A stretch of 64,000 nt of DNA from Sphingomonas sp. 28-63-12 (lineage in GTDB: Bacteria; Pseudomonadota; Alphaproteobacteria; Sphingomonadales; Sphingomonadaceae): the NCBI RefSeq assembly GCF_002281535.1, contig NZ_NCGD01000006.1, one strand, 5' to 3'. The notes beneath the pieces were generated by a model. That model was given only the letters and a program-made list of their open reading frames with translations. It searched no databases and was not told the DNA's origin. The translations under genes and the position numbers were made by a program. Shown piece by piece: positions 24,964 through 34,608 of this stretch (the first letter of the stretch is position 1; each line of letters opens with the position of its first letter).

Positions 24964-26018
24964 CCGCACCGTCGCGTCGCCGCGCGTCCTCGCAAGCGCG
25001 CATTTCCGTATCGTCGTATCGCCGTATCGCAGCCCATGCGCCGCTGGCGCTCGCCATCGTCGCGCTGGGCGGCTGCGCCAGTCACGGCAAGCGGCCGCCG
25101 GCGATCGACTATGATGCACCCGCCGTTGCGGCGGTGGAGACGCCGCCAGCCGACCCCCCCAAGCCGGTTGAGATCGTCACCATCCCGCAGGCGGTTCCGC
25201 TACCGGGACAACTTAAGCCGGTCACCAGTGCGCCAAGGGCTCCCGAGCCGGCGGACCCGCGCGACAGGGTCGGCGCCGCCAATCTCGCCGCCCGGATCGA
25301 GCCGGTTCGCGACGGCTTCATCAATGCGATCCAAGTCTATCCGTGGACCGACGGAGCACTCTTTCAGGTCTATACCGCCGTCGGCCAGGTGACCGACATC
25401 GCGCTGCAGGAGGGCGAGCAGCTCGTCGGGGCCGGTCCCGTCGCAGCCGGGGACACGGTCCGCTGGGTGATCGGCGACACGACCAGCGGCGCCGGGCTGA
25501 GCCTGAAGGTCCACATCCTCGTCAAGCCGACGCGCCCGGACCTGTCGACCAACCTGGTCATCAACACCGATCGTCGCACCTATCACCTCGAGCTGCGCGC
25601 GACATCAGCCACCTATATGGCTTCCGTCTCCTGGGCCTATCCGCAAGACCGCCTAATCGCGCTCCGAGGCCAGAATGTCGCCGCGGCGGCGGCTGCGCCC
25701 GTCGCGTCGGGGATCGACGTCGCAGCGCTCAACTTTCGCTACCGGATCGAGGGCGACCAGCCGCCATGGCGGCCGTTGCGCACCTTCGACGACGGGCGCC
25801 AAGTCTATATCGAGTTTCCCGCTGGCGTTGGCCAGGGCGAGATGCCGCCGTTGTTCGTCATCGGAGCGGGCGGCGACGGCGAACTAGTCAACTACCGCGT
25901 CAACGGCCACCACATGATCGTCGACCGCCTATTCGCCGCCGCCGAGCTGAAGATGGGCGACAAGGCTTCCACCCAGCGCGTGCGGATCGAGCGCACCGAC
26001 GGGAGGTCACGGCGATGA
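24960..26018 (+). CDS. trbG: TrbG (VirB9-like)
   Basis: ATGA overlap with the upstream stop; lipoprotein-like signal (ALGGC); VirB9-type beta-rich C-terminus. Confidence 0.85.
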   Translation: MTAPSRRRASSQARISVSSYRRIAAHAPLALAIVALGGCASHGKRPPAIDYDAPAVAAVETPPADPPKPVEIVTIPQAVPLPGQLKPVTSAPRAPEPADPRDRVGAANLAARIEPVRDGFINAIQVYPWTDGALFQVYTAVGQVTDIALQEGEQLVGAGPVAAGDTVRWVIGDTTSGAGLSLKVHILVKPTRPDLSTNLVINTDRRTYHLELRATSATYMASVSWAYPQDRLIALRGQNVAAAAAAPVASGIDVAALNFRYRIEGDQPPWRPLRTFDDGRQVYIEFPAGVGQGEMPPLFVIGAGGDGELVNYRVNGHHMIVDRLFAAAELKMGDKASTQRVRIERTDGRSRR

Positions 26019-27289
26019 GCGATATCGACCGGGACGGGGATGACGGCGGCGATCGGCCGCTCGCCAACGAGCCGCCGCCCGACCTGCGCCTGCGCGGACA
26101 GCCGCCCAGGGTCATGCGGCTGTCGCGCCGCGCGCTCGCCGCCATGGGCACGGTGGCCTGCGTCGGGATCGGCGGCGCCCTGATCTATGCCCTGCAGCCG
26201 CCCACCAAGAAGACAGCGGAAGAACTCTACAATACCGACAGCCGCACCACTGCCGAGGCCATCACCAGCGCGCCCAAGGATTACGGTGACGTCCCGAAGC
26301 TGGGGCCACCTTTACCCGGCGATCTTGGCCGACCGATCGTAAGCGCCCAGCAGCGCGGTGAGACGATTCCGCCGTCGCCGATGGGCCGGCCGGGGGCAAC
26401 CTCGCCGCCAACGCCAGCGCAAACCGCCGCCCAGGCGGCCCGCCAACGGGCGCTGCAGGAGCGCGATTCCGCGCGGACCAGCGGCGTCTTTCTCGGCGGC
26501 CAGGCGTCGGGCGGTCGCGGCGCTGGGTCCGCTGGCGGACCGGGGCTTGCCGGGTCGGACCTTTCGTTGCCGGCGCTGGGCGCGCTTGCCGGGGCGATAC
26601 CGGCGGCGGCGCCCGCGACTGCCACACCGGCCGCTGCACCGGCTGGCAGCGCCCGGCGCGCCTTCCTCAACGGCGAGGTCGATCATCGCACGACGAGCGC
26701 CGAGCGGCTGACCGCGCCGGTCTCGCCCTATGTGGTCCAGGCTGGCAGCGTCATCTCGGCGGCTCTGATCACCGGGCTGCGCTCCGACCTGCCCGGCCAA
26801 GTCACCGCGCAAGTGACCGAGAATGTCTATGACAGCCCCACCGGGCGGATCCTGCTGGTCCCGCAAGGCTCGCGCCTGATCGCCGATTATGACGATCAGG
26901 TCGGCTTCGGCCAGCGCCGGGTTCTGCTGGCCTGGACACGGCTGATCCTTCCCGACGGCCGCTCGATCGTACTCGAACGACAGCCGGCCGGCGACGCCGC
27001 CGGGTTCGGTGGCCTTGAAGACAAGGTTGATGAACATTGGACCGGGCTCGCCAAGGCGGCGGGCCTCTCGACCCTGTTGAGCTTCGGCGCCGAGCTGGCG
27101 ACGAACAGCGACGACGACCTCGTTCGCGCCTTGCGGGAGGGCGGGCAGACCACGTTTAATCAGGCCGGTCAGGAGATCGTGCGGCACCAGCTCAATATCC
27201 CACCGACGCTTACCATACGTCCGGGTTTTCCGGTACGCGTCCTGGTCAGCCGCGATCTCGTGATCGAGCCCTGGAGGACCACCCCATGA
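26015..27289 (+). CDS. trbI: TrbI (VirB10-like)
   Basis: ATGA overlap with the upstream stop; TM segment; Pro/Ala-rich linker; conserved C-terminal barrel (TLTIRPGFPVRVLV). Confidence 0.85.
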   Translation: MSDIDRDGDDGGDRPLANEPPPDLRLRGQPPRVMRLSRRALAAMGTVACVGIGGALIYALQPPTKKTAEELYNTDSRTTAEAITSAPKDYGDVPKLGPPLPGDLGRPIVSAQQRGETIPPSPMGRPGATSPPTPAQTAAQAARQRALQERDSARTSGVFLGGQASGGRGAGSAGGPGLAGSDLSLPALGALAGAIPAAAPATATPAAAPAGSARRAFLNGEVDHRTTSAERLTAPVSPYVVQAGSVISAALITGLRSDLPGQVTAQVTENVYDSPTGRILLVPQGSRLIADYDDQVGFGQRRVLLAWTRLILPDGRSIVLERQPAGDAAGFGGLEDKVDEHWTGLAKAAGLSTLLSFGAELATNSDDDLVRALREGGQTTFNQAGQEIVRHQLNIPPTLTIRPGFPVRVLVSRDLVIEPWRTTP

Positions 27290-27516
27290 GCGCGCTCAAG
27301 CTCGGCGCCATCACCGAGGAACGTCCGATCAAGCTGACGGTCGAGCTCCCCGCTGCCGTGCATCGCGACCTTATCGCTTATGGCGAAGCACTCGCCCGTG
27401 AAACCGCGGAGGCCACGCCAATTGAGCCGGCGCGGCTCGTGGCGCCAATGCTCGCACGCTTCATGGCGACCGATCGCGGGTTCAGGAAAGGCCGGCGATC
27501 GTCTCAGGCCGGATAG
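27286..27516 (+). CDS. DUF2274 domain protein
   Basis: ATGA overlap with the trbI stop. This 76-aa protein conventionally closes Trb operons of this ICE type. Confidence 0.7.
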   Translation: MSALKLGAITEERPIKLTVELPAAVHRDLIAYGEALARETAEATPIEPARLVAPMLARFMATDRGFRKGRRSSQAG

Positions 27517-28445
27517 CGTTCATCGACGAGTTTGAGGAGCCGGGCTAGCGCCGGGCTTGAATTGTCAGCTCGCCAGTAGCCGGCATAGACGATGTGGCAA
27601 ATTTGGCCGGCTATCTCATGGATCTCGCGAAGGACCAGCCCAGGCAGTATACGCCCAAGCGCAGTATCGGTAGTCAATGTGCTGTATCGACCAATCGGCA
27701 CGATATTGGCAACGTTTTCCCGGCTGACTTCTTGCGTTTCGACATCGGGCTTCCAACCAGGTTCACCCAACCGCGCCTTGACAAGATCGGCGAGGTCGGT
27801 CCCGGGATCTTGACGCGGGAGGATGAATCGCTCCGCGCGAAGATCGGGCCAATGGATCCTCTCCTTTTTCGCTAGTGGATGCTGCTCGTGGAAGGCGACC
27901 ATCACGCGCTCGCTCCACATCGCACGTCGTTGGAATTCGATTTCCGGAAGATTTCCGCTAATGACAGCGAAATCTACCGTTCTCGCGTGAAGTGCTTGTG
28001 TCAGGCGGGTTCGATCACCCTCCACATTGACCAGACGCAATTCGGGATAACGGCCTACGAAATCGACGATCAGGGAACGCATATTTCCGGCCGCTAGGGA
28101 CGTGGAGAAGCCCAGTCGTAATTTCCCCACCTGGCCTGCGCCGAGGGAAAGTCCGCTTGAGTTTAGGGCTTCAAGATCTGTCAAGATGTGGCGCGCGGCG
28201 TCGATGAAAGTTAAGCCCGCCTCGGTCGGCACTGCGCCTTTGGTCGACCGTTCGAAGAGCTTCAGCCCGAGGCGCGCCTCCAGCAACGCAATGCGCCTGC
28301 TTAATGTGTTCTGCTTCACGCGCAATTGAGCGGCCGCGCGAGCAAAGCTTAGCGTGTCTGCAGCAAGGACGGCAAAGCGAAGTGCTACGATGTCGGGCGG
28401 CACGGCCTCGGCAACCAACGCGGACGTATCAGCTACTGACCGCAT
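27504..28445 (-). CDS. LysR-family transcriptional regulator
   Basis: N-terminal HTH (FARAAAQLRVKQNTLSRRIALLEARLGLKLFER) plus a substrate-binding domain. Confidence 0.85.
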   Translation of the reverse strand: MRSVADTSALVAEAVPPDIVALRFAVLAADTLSFARAAAQLRVKQNTLSRRIALLEARLGLKLFERSTKGAVPTEAGLTFIDAARHILTDLEALNSSGLSLGAGQVGKLRLGFSTSLAAGNMRSLIVDFVGRYPELRLVNVEGDRTRLTQALHARTVDFAVISGNLPEIEFQRRAMWSERVMVAFHEQHPLAKKERIHWPDLRAERFILPRQDPGTDLADLVKARLGEPGWKPDVETQEVSRENVANIVPIGRYSTLTTDTALGRILPGLVLREIHEIAGQICHIVYAGYWRADNSSPALARLLKLVDERYPA

Positions 28446-30081
28446 GGGTCCGGCGCCCCATACGTGCCTCGTCAGCTTTTTGCCTCCGTCTACGGCCGAG
28501 CAGAGCCAGGGTAATCTTCACCGCCAGGAGGCATGGGACCGCGACCATGAAGAGCAGCGCAAGTGACAGAAATGCCTCGTTGAAGGAAATCGCAGCCGCT
28601 TGGCCGCTTACCAGGCGATCAAGCGTAGCAAGCGCGGCCGGCTGGACTTGCTCCGGTGAGAAACCGCCACCTGAGAGCGCTTGCTCAACCCCCAGATTTC
28701 CGGGCCTAAGATGGTCGACGAGCGCTGTGCGGCTGAGCGCCATGTGGTGCTCCAGGGAGGTCGCCAGAAAGGCGACGCCGATCAGCCCTCCCATCTGCCG
28801 TCCAAGGTTGAACAGGCCAACACCGTGCGGGATTTCGGCTCCGGTGAGATCGCCGAGGCATATGATCGTAACGGCGATGAACAACAGACCCATTCCGAAC
28901 CCGCGCAGCACCAAGGTCGGCATGAGATCGGTGTAGCCGCTTTCAGCATTCGAGCCCGAGAGGAGCCACATGGCGGTCATGAAGATGACGATCCCGAACG
29001 GTACGATGACCACCGGCGGTGCTCGCAAGAACTGGATGACAGCGCCGCTCGTCACCAGTCCGAGCCCTACCGTCAGAGCGCTTGGGAGCAGCACCAGGCC
29101 GGCATCGCGGGCCGGGAACTGCAGAACTTCAAGAGTGAAGGCCGGGATCAGGAACGCGCTGCCGAACAACGCGAAACCGGCCACGAAGCTCACGACGAAG
29201 CCGAATGCGAATTCCTCATGGCGAAAGATCCGCAGGTCAGTCAGGGGCGAGCGATTCCTCGGGCTAAGCTGCCAGAGCAGGCAAGCTGAGAGCGCAGCTC
29301 CCGCGACCAAGCTGAGTGCTATAATTTTCGTGTCCTCGAACCAATCCCATCGGCTCCCCTCGACAAGCACGTAGACCAAGGCCGCCAAGCCTAAGCAGAT
29401 CAAGGCGATGCCAAGCCAATCCGGTTTGACGACGGTAACGGAGCGCCATGGCGCGATCAGCGGTATGGCTACGAGCACGAGGAGACCGACGGGCAGATTG
29501 AGCAGAAGGACGTAGTTCCAGGAAACAGCGTCGGTGATAACACCGGCGATAGCGGGGGCCGCCGTGGTCGGCGCCATGATGGCGCCCAGCGCGAAGATGG
29601 CCTGGATCAGGCCCTGCTGGTTGTGTTCGAAACGCCCGAACAGCCAGCTTTGGCCGCCGACGATGATCGCGGCCCCGGACAATCCTTGCAGCACGCGGCA
29701 GATGACCAGAAGACCGAGGTTGGGTGCCAGCGAGCATCCGGCCGAACCGATCATGAGAAGGATGATCGCCCAGCTCAGCAATCGCCGCGTTCCGAGCCAA
29801 GTAAGCAAAAATGCGGTCATCGGCAGACCACAGACCTTGGCCATGAAATACGCGAGGTTCAGCCAAGCGGCTTCGTCCGGCGTCGCGGAGACGGAGCCAG
29901 CGATGTGTCGGCCGGCTATGTCGAAGATCGTCGCGTTCAAACCGTCCATGAAGGCGGCGACCGTCAGCGCGCCGACCGCGATCACTGTCTGCGTGCGCGT
30001 GGCGCCGCCTCGGTTGGCGGAGGCGGTCGCTACGCCGGGCAGACAACCGGCACCCGCGCGCCCTCTATCGTTTGCCGCCAT
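28429..30081 (-). CDS. MFS efflux transporter, DHA2/EmrB-type (14 TM)
   Basis: ATG 30081 lies 1 nt after the HlyD stop. The hydrophobic profile and motifs are those of EmrB/QacA-type pumps. Confidence 0.85.
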   Translation of the reverse strand: MAANDRGRAGAGCLPGVATASANRGGATRTQTVIAVGALTVAAFMDGLNATIFDIAGRHIAGSVSATPDEAAWLNLAYFMAKVCGLPMTAFLLTWLGTRRLLSWAIILLMIGSAGCSLAPNLGLLVICRVLQGLSGAAIIVGGQSWLFGRFEHNQQGLIQAIFALGAIMAPTTAAPAIAGVITDAVSWNYVLLLNLPVGLLVLVAIPLIAPWRSVTVVKPDWLGIALICLGLAALVYVLVEGSRWDWFEDTKIIALSLVAGAALSACLLWQLSPRNRSPLTDLRIFRHEEFAFGFVVSFVAGFALFGSAFLIPAFTLEVLQFPARDAGLVLLPSALTVGLGLVTSGAVIQFLRAPPVVIVPFGIVIFMTAMWLLSGSNAESGYTDLMPTLVLRGFGMGLLFIAVTIICLGDLTGAEIPHGVGLFNLGRQMGGLIGVAFLATSLEHHMALSRTALVDHLRPGNLGVEQALSGGGFSPEQVQPAALATLDRLVSGQAAAISFNEAFLSLALLFMVAVPCLLAVKITLALLGRRRRQKADEARMGRRTHAVSS

Positions 30082-30082
30082 C

Positions 30083-31237
30083 TCAGTGCGCTCCGGAGAT
30101 GTCGATCGCGGCATGCATCGAGAGCCCGACGCGGAGCGGATGCGCTTTGAGCTCGGCCGGGTTTAGCTGGATACGCACCGGGAGCCGCTGAACCACCTTG
30201 ATCCAGTTGCCGGTCGCGTTCTGCGCCGGGAGCACTGCAAACGCCGAGCCCGTGCCGCCGGCAAAACCGGTGACGCGACCACGGTAGACGACATCGGACC
30301 CATAAAGGTCCGAGGTTATCCGTACAGGCTGGCCAAGCCGGACGCGGCTGAGCTGAACCTCCTTGAAGTTGGCTTCGACATAGATGTTCTCGACGGGCAC
30401 CACGATCATGACCGGAACGCCCTGCTGCACGCGCTGCCCGACGGCGACTCGCCGTTGATCGATAACGCCGTCAACAGGAGCCCGGATCACTGCGCGAGCC
30501 AAATTGATCCGCGCCTGATTGAGCCCCGCCTGGGCGGCGAGCACCTCGGGATTCGTTTCAATGGTGGCATCATCGAACAGCGCCTGATTTGCGCGACGAG
30601 CGCCGCCTGCGGAAGCTCGGCCGGCCCGTGCAGCGGCGATCCGCGCCATGGCCTGCGACACCGCCGACTGTGCAACCCGGACGGCAGTCTGCGAGTCGCT
30701 CAACTCCTCCTGCGAGATCGCGCCCGGGCCAGCGAGCCGTTGCCGCCTCTGTTCATCAAGGACCGCTTTGTCGAGGTCGGCCCGCGCCCTGAGCAGATCA
30801 GCGCGCGCGGTTGCCTGATCGGCTTCCCGCACGTCTTCCTGACCCGCAAGGTTCGCGTCGTTTTCCCGCACTTGGCGCACCTGCCGTCGCGCGCGTCCAA
30901 GCGCCGCTTGCGCCTGGTCGACGGCGAGCCGCAGATCGGTGTCGTCCAATTCGACGAGCAGGTCGCCCGCATGGATGGGCTGGCTGTCCACGACGAGCAC
31001 ACGCTTCACCGGGCCGCCAACCAAAGGCGTCACCTGCGAAACCTCGACATTCGTGTAGGCGTCCCCGGTGCTCTCGGAGTCCACCGCGACCAAGGTCGAC
31101 CCTATCCACCAGCAAGCCGCGATAGCGATCAGGCCCACCCCGAGCAGGAGAATCAAGCGCTTCCGCTTATGCGCCCTGAGTAGAGGCTGGTCGCTTGCGG
31201 TGGGGTGATCCTCGTCCAGCACAGCTGCATCCGTCAT
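30083..31237 (-). CDS. HlyD/EmrA-family membrane fusion protein
   Basis: One TM segment, a long coiled coil and a lipoyl/beta-barrel C-terminus; ATGA overlap with the OMF gene. Confidence 0.85.
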   Translation of the reverse strand: MTDAAVLDEDHPTASDQPLLRAHKRKRLILLLGVGLIAIAACWWIGSTLVAVDSESTGDAYTNVEVSQVTPLVGGPVKRVLVVDSQPIHAGDLLVELDDTDLRLAVDQAQAALGRARRQVRQVRENDANLAGQEDVREADQATARADLLRARADLDKAVLDEQRRQRLAGPGAISQEELSDSQTAVRVAQSAVSQAMARIAAARAGRASAGGARRANQALFDDATIETNPEVLAAQAGLNQARINLARAVIRAPVDGVIDQRRVAVGQRVQQGVPVMIVVPVENIYVEANFKEVQLSRVRLGQPVRITSDLYGSDVVYRGRVTGFAGGTGSAFAVLPAQNATGNWIKVVQRLPVRIQLNPAELKAHPLRVGLSMHAAIDISGAH

Positions 31238-32673
31238 CGGTCGATCCTTGATGGTGAGTTGGTGTTTCCGGTAAGGACGGGTGCGCGAAAGCCACCCCCC
31301 AGGGCTTTGGCCAAAGCAATGTCGAGCACGAAGCCTCTCAGGCGGAGCGCCGCCGACTGCTCGCGCGCTGCCAGGAGTGCATCCTCGACGATCAGAACGG
31401 ACTGATAACCAGACAGACCGCCCTCGTACCGCAGGCGGGCGAGGCGATAGGCCGCTTCCTGCCGGGAGAGTGCTGCGTTGGTGCGTTCGACCCTCATCGC
31501 GAGTGTGCGGAGCGACGTCGCCGCGTCCGCCGCTTGGTGGAGCGCCTGGAGCAGCTCTTCATTGTAGCTCGCGACTGCCGCGTCGTAGTCGCCGCGGGCG
31601 CCTCGATAGTTGGCGCTGAGCCGCCCGCCATCGAAGATCGGCAGGCTGATCGCGGGCCCGACCGAACCGATCAACGATCGGGAACTGACCAGATTGCTGA
31701 GGCCGAAGGACGCCAGCCCGATCAGGCCGCTGATATTGACATTAGGATAGAAGCCGGCGCGTGCGACCCCTATGCGCTCCGCCGCTGCCGCTACCCGCCA
31801 GCGAGCCGACACGACTTCCGGGCTGCGACCGACCAGCTCGATCGGAATGTTGGCGGGAAGCGCGGTCGGCCTCCGGTCCGTAAGCGACGGCGCGACAATC
31901 GACAGCCCGCGGTCCGGCCCCGCGCCAACCAGAGCCGCAAGGGCGTTGCGATTTAGGCTAATGGCTTCGTCGATAGCCGCCAGCTGAGCCTCGGCGGTTT
32001 CGACGCTACCTTCAGCCTGCTCCATTGAAGTGCGAGGTTCAAGGCCGGCGTCGAATCGCTGCGCAACGAGATCTCGCGTCTCGCGGCGGATACGCGCGGC
32101 GTCGGCTGCAACGTCCCGACGCACCAGCAGCTGGGCGAAATCGACATAGGTAGTTGAAACCGCAGCCGCCAGCGTGATGCGTGCCGTCGCTGCATCGGCT
32201 TCACTGGCGGATTTTTGGGAGACCGCTGCCCGCAATGCAGCGCGGTTCTTTCCCCATAGGTCGAGGTCGTAATTGAGACTGACGAGCCCGGCCATCAGCC
32301 AGTGCCAGTTGCCGTCGGTGGGCAAGCCGACGCTCTGCGTTATGCGCACGTCCTGTGCCGTCGCTGTTGCTCCGACGCTCGGCATGAGCGCGGCTCTGGC
32401 GAGCTCAGCTTGCGCTACCCCGATCCGGATGCGAGCCGTGGCCTGGTCAACAGTAGGCGAATCCTTCAGCGCTTCGGTTACCAGCGCGTCGAGTTGTTGA
32501 TCGCCGAAGTCCTGCCACCAGCTATCGGACGGCCAGTCCCGCGATGTCCCCGCAAGAGACCGCGCTGACGCAAATGCGTCTGGCTGGGCTGGCTGCGGCC
32601 TGGCGCCGAGATCGGGCACGGTAGCGCACCCGCTTAATCCAGCCAGCATCATGAAAGTCGCTATTCGCCGCAT
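31234..32673 (-). CDS. Efflux outer-membrane factor lipoprotein (NodT family)
   Basis: Lipobox LAGLSGC; two-repeat OMF architecture. Confidence 0.85.
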   Translation of the reverse strand: MRRIATFMMLAGLSGCATVPDLGARPQPAQPDAFASARSLAGTSRDWPSDSWWQDFGDQQLDALVTEALKDSPTVDQATARIRIGVAQAELARAALMPSVGATATAQDVRITQSVGLPTDGNWHWLMAGLVSLNYDLDLWGKNRAALRAAVSQKSASEADAATARITLAAAVSTTYVDFAQLLVRRDVAADAARIRRETRDLVAQRFDAGLEPRTSMEQAEGSVETAEAQLAAIDEAISLNRNALAALVGAGPDRGLSIVAPSLTDRRPTALPANIPIELVGRSPEVVSARWRVAAAAERIGVARAGFYPNVNISGLIGLASFGLSNLVSSRSLIGSVGPAISLPIFDGGRLSANYRGARGDYDAAVASYNEELLQALHQAADAATSLRTLAMRVERTNAALSRQEAAYRLARLRYEGGLSGYQSVLIVEDALLAAREQSAALRLRGFVLDIALAKALGGGFRAPVLTGNTNSPSRIDR

Positions 32674-32685
32674 CGGTCAGTCCTT

Positions 32686-32711
32686 GGTAATGATCGTTAC
32701 CACTGTTGACA
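32686..32711. promoter_or_regulatory. Near-palindrome GGTAATGATCGTTACC plus TTGACA box in the divergent tetR/efflux intergenic region
   Basis: 7 of 8 positions of the 16-bp palindrome pair. Further GGTAA/GTACC half-sites follow. This may be a TetR operator. Confidence 0.3.
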
Positions 32712-32760
32712 GGTAAGGTAACGTACCGTACCAGTCAAGAGGCAAATTATGGAGTGACCG

Positions 32761-33420
32761 ATGCCCTCAACTGCCCGTTCCAAGCGCCCCTCCCAGGACG
32801 ATCGGCGTAGCGCCATCCTCGAAGCTGCAGCCGAGGTGTTTTTTGAGCAGGGCTACGCCGCGACCAGCATCGACGCGATTATCGAGCGCATCGGAGGCTC
32901 GAAGCGGAACATCTACAGCGAGTTCGGTAACAAGGAGGGCCTCTTCACTGCGCTTGTATCCGAAAGAGCGGCGAGTGCCGTTTCCGCTCTTTCCGTCGAG
33001 CAATTTGGCAACAAGGATCTGAGCGAAATCCTGCTCGAGTTCGGGCGCCGACTCTTGGAGATCTACATGTCGCCGGGTTTGATCGGGGTTTATCGCTCGA
33101 TCATGCCAGAAGCTATCCGCTTCCCGGAATTGGCCAAGGCATTCTACGAAAAGGGGGCAGGCCGCGCTTCAGACCGCCTTGCCGAAGTGCTGGAAGAAGC
33201 ACGGGACCGCGGCGAGATCCAACTCGACGATTGTCACTGGGCTGCCGACCACTTTGTCGGCATGTTTCGCGACAATCTTCACCTGCGGGTGGTTCTTGGC
33301 CTTTGTCCGCCGCCTTCACCTGCCGAGGCCGATGCAGCCGTGACCTCCGCAGTTGGGATCTTTCTCCACGGAATCTACGGCGTCGATTGTACCGGGAAGG
33401 CGAAGCCAGGTGGACAATGA
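32761..33420 (+). CDS. TetR/AcrR-family transcriptional regulator
   Basis: RRSAILEAAAEVFFEQGYAATSIDAIIERIGGSKRNIYSEFGNKEGLF. Confidence 0.85.
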   Translation: MPSTARSKRPSQDDRRSAILEAAAEVFFEQGYAATSIDAIIERIGGSKRNIYSEFGNKEGLFTALVSERAASAVSALSVEQFGNKDLSEILLEFGRRLLEIYMSPGLIGVYRSIMPEAIRFPELAKAFYEKGAGRASDRLAEVLEEARDRGEIQLDDCHWAADHFVGMFRDNLHLRVVLGLCPPPSPAEADAAVTSAVGIFLHGIYGVDCTGKAKPGGQ

Positions 33421-33445
33421 TACCGCGTGCAAAGGGACGGACCTC

Positions 33446-33498
33446 GCGGTCAGCGGTCAGCAGTCAGCAGTCAGCAGTCAGCAGTCAGCAGTCAGCAG
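33446..33498 (+). repeat. Heptanucleotide microsatellite (GCGGTCA)2(GCAGTCA)5GCAG
   Basis: Seven full tandem units plus a partial unit, counted directly, lie in the convergent intergenic gap between tetR and a lysR gene. Confidence 0.9.
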
Positions 33499-33567
33499 AA
33501 AGAATTATATCAGCCACCCGGTTTGACCAGGACTTACTCCGCAGTTTGAGGATGACCAGCATTGTGG

Positions 33568-34464
33568 TCACATGAACCGTTCAGCAACGCCAGAATGTAG
33601 CCGAGTTCGCAAAGTGTCGATAAATACCCGCACACGGGCGGGCACGTGCGTGCGGGTCGGAATCACCGCCCAAATCCCGACTTCCAGCGGTTTGACGTCA
33701 GCCAAAACAATGCGCCTCAGCTCTCCGCGTGCGATTTGCTCGTGGACGTCCCAATAGGTCAGCATGGCGATGCCAACCCCCGCGATACAGGCTGCCCGAA
33801 CCGCATCGACGGTGCTGGCCGATAGCGGGCCACCAATCCTAACTCGGTGTGTTTCGCCACCTCGCGTGAATGGCCAATGGTCCATTGCGTGAAGCTTTAT
33901 GCATGGATGGGCCACCAGGTCTTCTGTCGTAGTGGGTTCTCCAAAACGTGCGATGTAGTCCGGCGACGCGCAGAGTGTGAATGGATTGTCGGCGACCCTC
34001 GTTGCTATCAATTCCGAAGGTTCCATCACCGCTACGCGAACGGCCACGTCTAATCCCGTCGTCGCGATGTCGATGACGCCGTCGCTCAAAGTCAGATCCA
34101 CGCGCAACGCGGGATTGTCGGCGATCAAGTTGGCCACGATCGGGACAACGACGGAGTGACCGATGACGTTTGGTGCCGTGAGTTTCAACACGCCCGAAAG
34201 GACGGAGCCGCTCGAGGACACTGATTCAAATGCGGAATCACGGGCTTCTATGAGGGCAACGGCGTGAGGCAAGAAGGCCTCTCCCTCGGGGGTCATGGCT
34301 AGCGAGCGCGTCGTGCGGTGGAACAAGCGCGCGCCTAACTCGGCCTCTAGGCCTGCCAACCTGCGGCTGACCGACATCGGAGTCGTGCCCATCTGACGAG
34401 CCGCAGCAGACATACTGCCTGTGGACGCAATGGCACGGAACAGGGCTACATCCAAAAGGTCCAT
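33568..34464 (-). CDS. LysR-family transcriptional regulator
   Basis: The start is taken at MDLLDVALFRAIASTGSMSAAARQMGTTPMSVSRRLAGLE. The ORF is open to 34500. Confidence 0.85.
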   Translation of the reverse strand: MDLLDVALFRAIASTGSMSAAARQMGTTPMSVSRRLAGLEAELGARLFHRTTRSLAMTPEGEAFLPHAVALIEARDSAFESVSSSGSVLSGVLKLTAPNVIGHSVVVPIVANLIADNPALRVDLTLSDGVIDIATTGLDVAVRVAVMEPSELIATRVADNPFTLCASPDYIARFGEPTTTEDLVAHPCIKLHAMDHWPFTRGGETHRVRIGGPLSASTVDAVRAACIAGVGIAMLTYWDVHEQIARGELRRIVLADVKPLEVGIWAVIPTRTHVPARVRVFIDTLRTRLHSGVAERFM

Positions 34465-34608
34465 ATTATAACGATAAGCGCTACACTCCTTATCGTCCAC
34501 TCTATCTTCCGCGCCTCATTCAGAAAAAGTAGTCCTAGCTCCAGCAAGCGATGATCGAACCAGTTTTCGTTCTCATGCGCTCGATCTATGCTTTTGGAGG
34601 TTTTCACG

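Noticed and set aside
33446-33498. Possible CRISPR array; I also checked the iterons at 9157-9221
   Set aside because: The units are 7 nt with no spacers, and the iterons are 18-mers with 5-6-nt gaps. Neither has the 25-40-nt repeat and spacer structure. No cas genes are in the window.
33231-33575. 114-aa ORF translating the heptamer array as SAVSSQQSAVSSQQSAVSSQQ
   Set aside because: Its first part is an alternate frame of tetR. The repeat unit is 7 nt, not a multiple of 3, so it cannot encode a stable peptide repeat. It has no SD.
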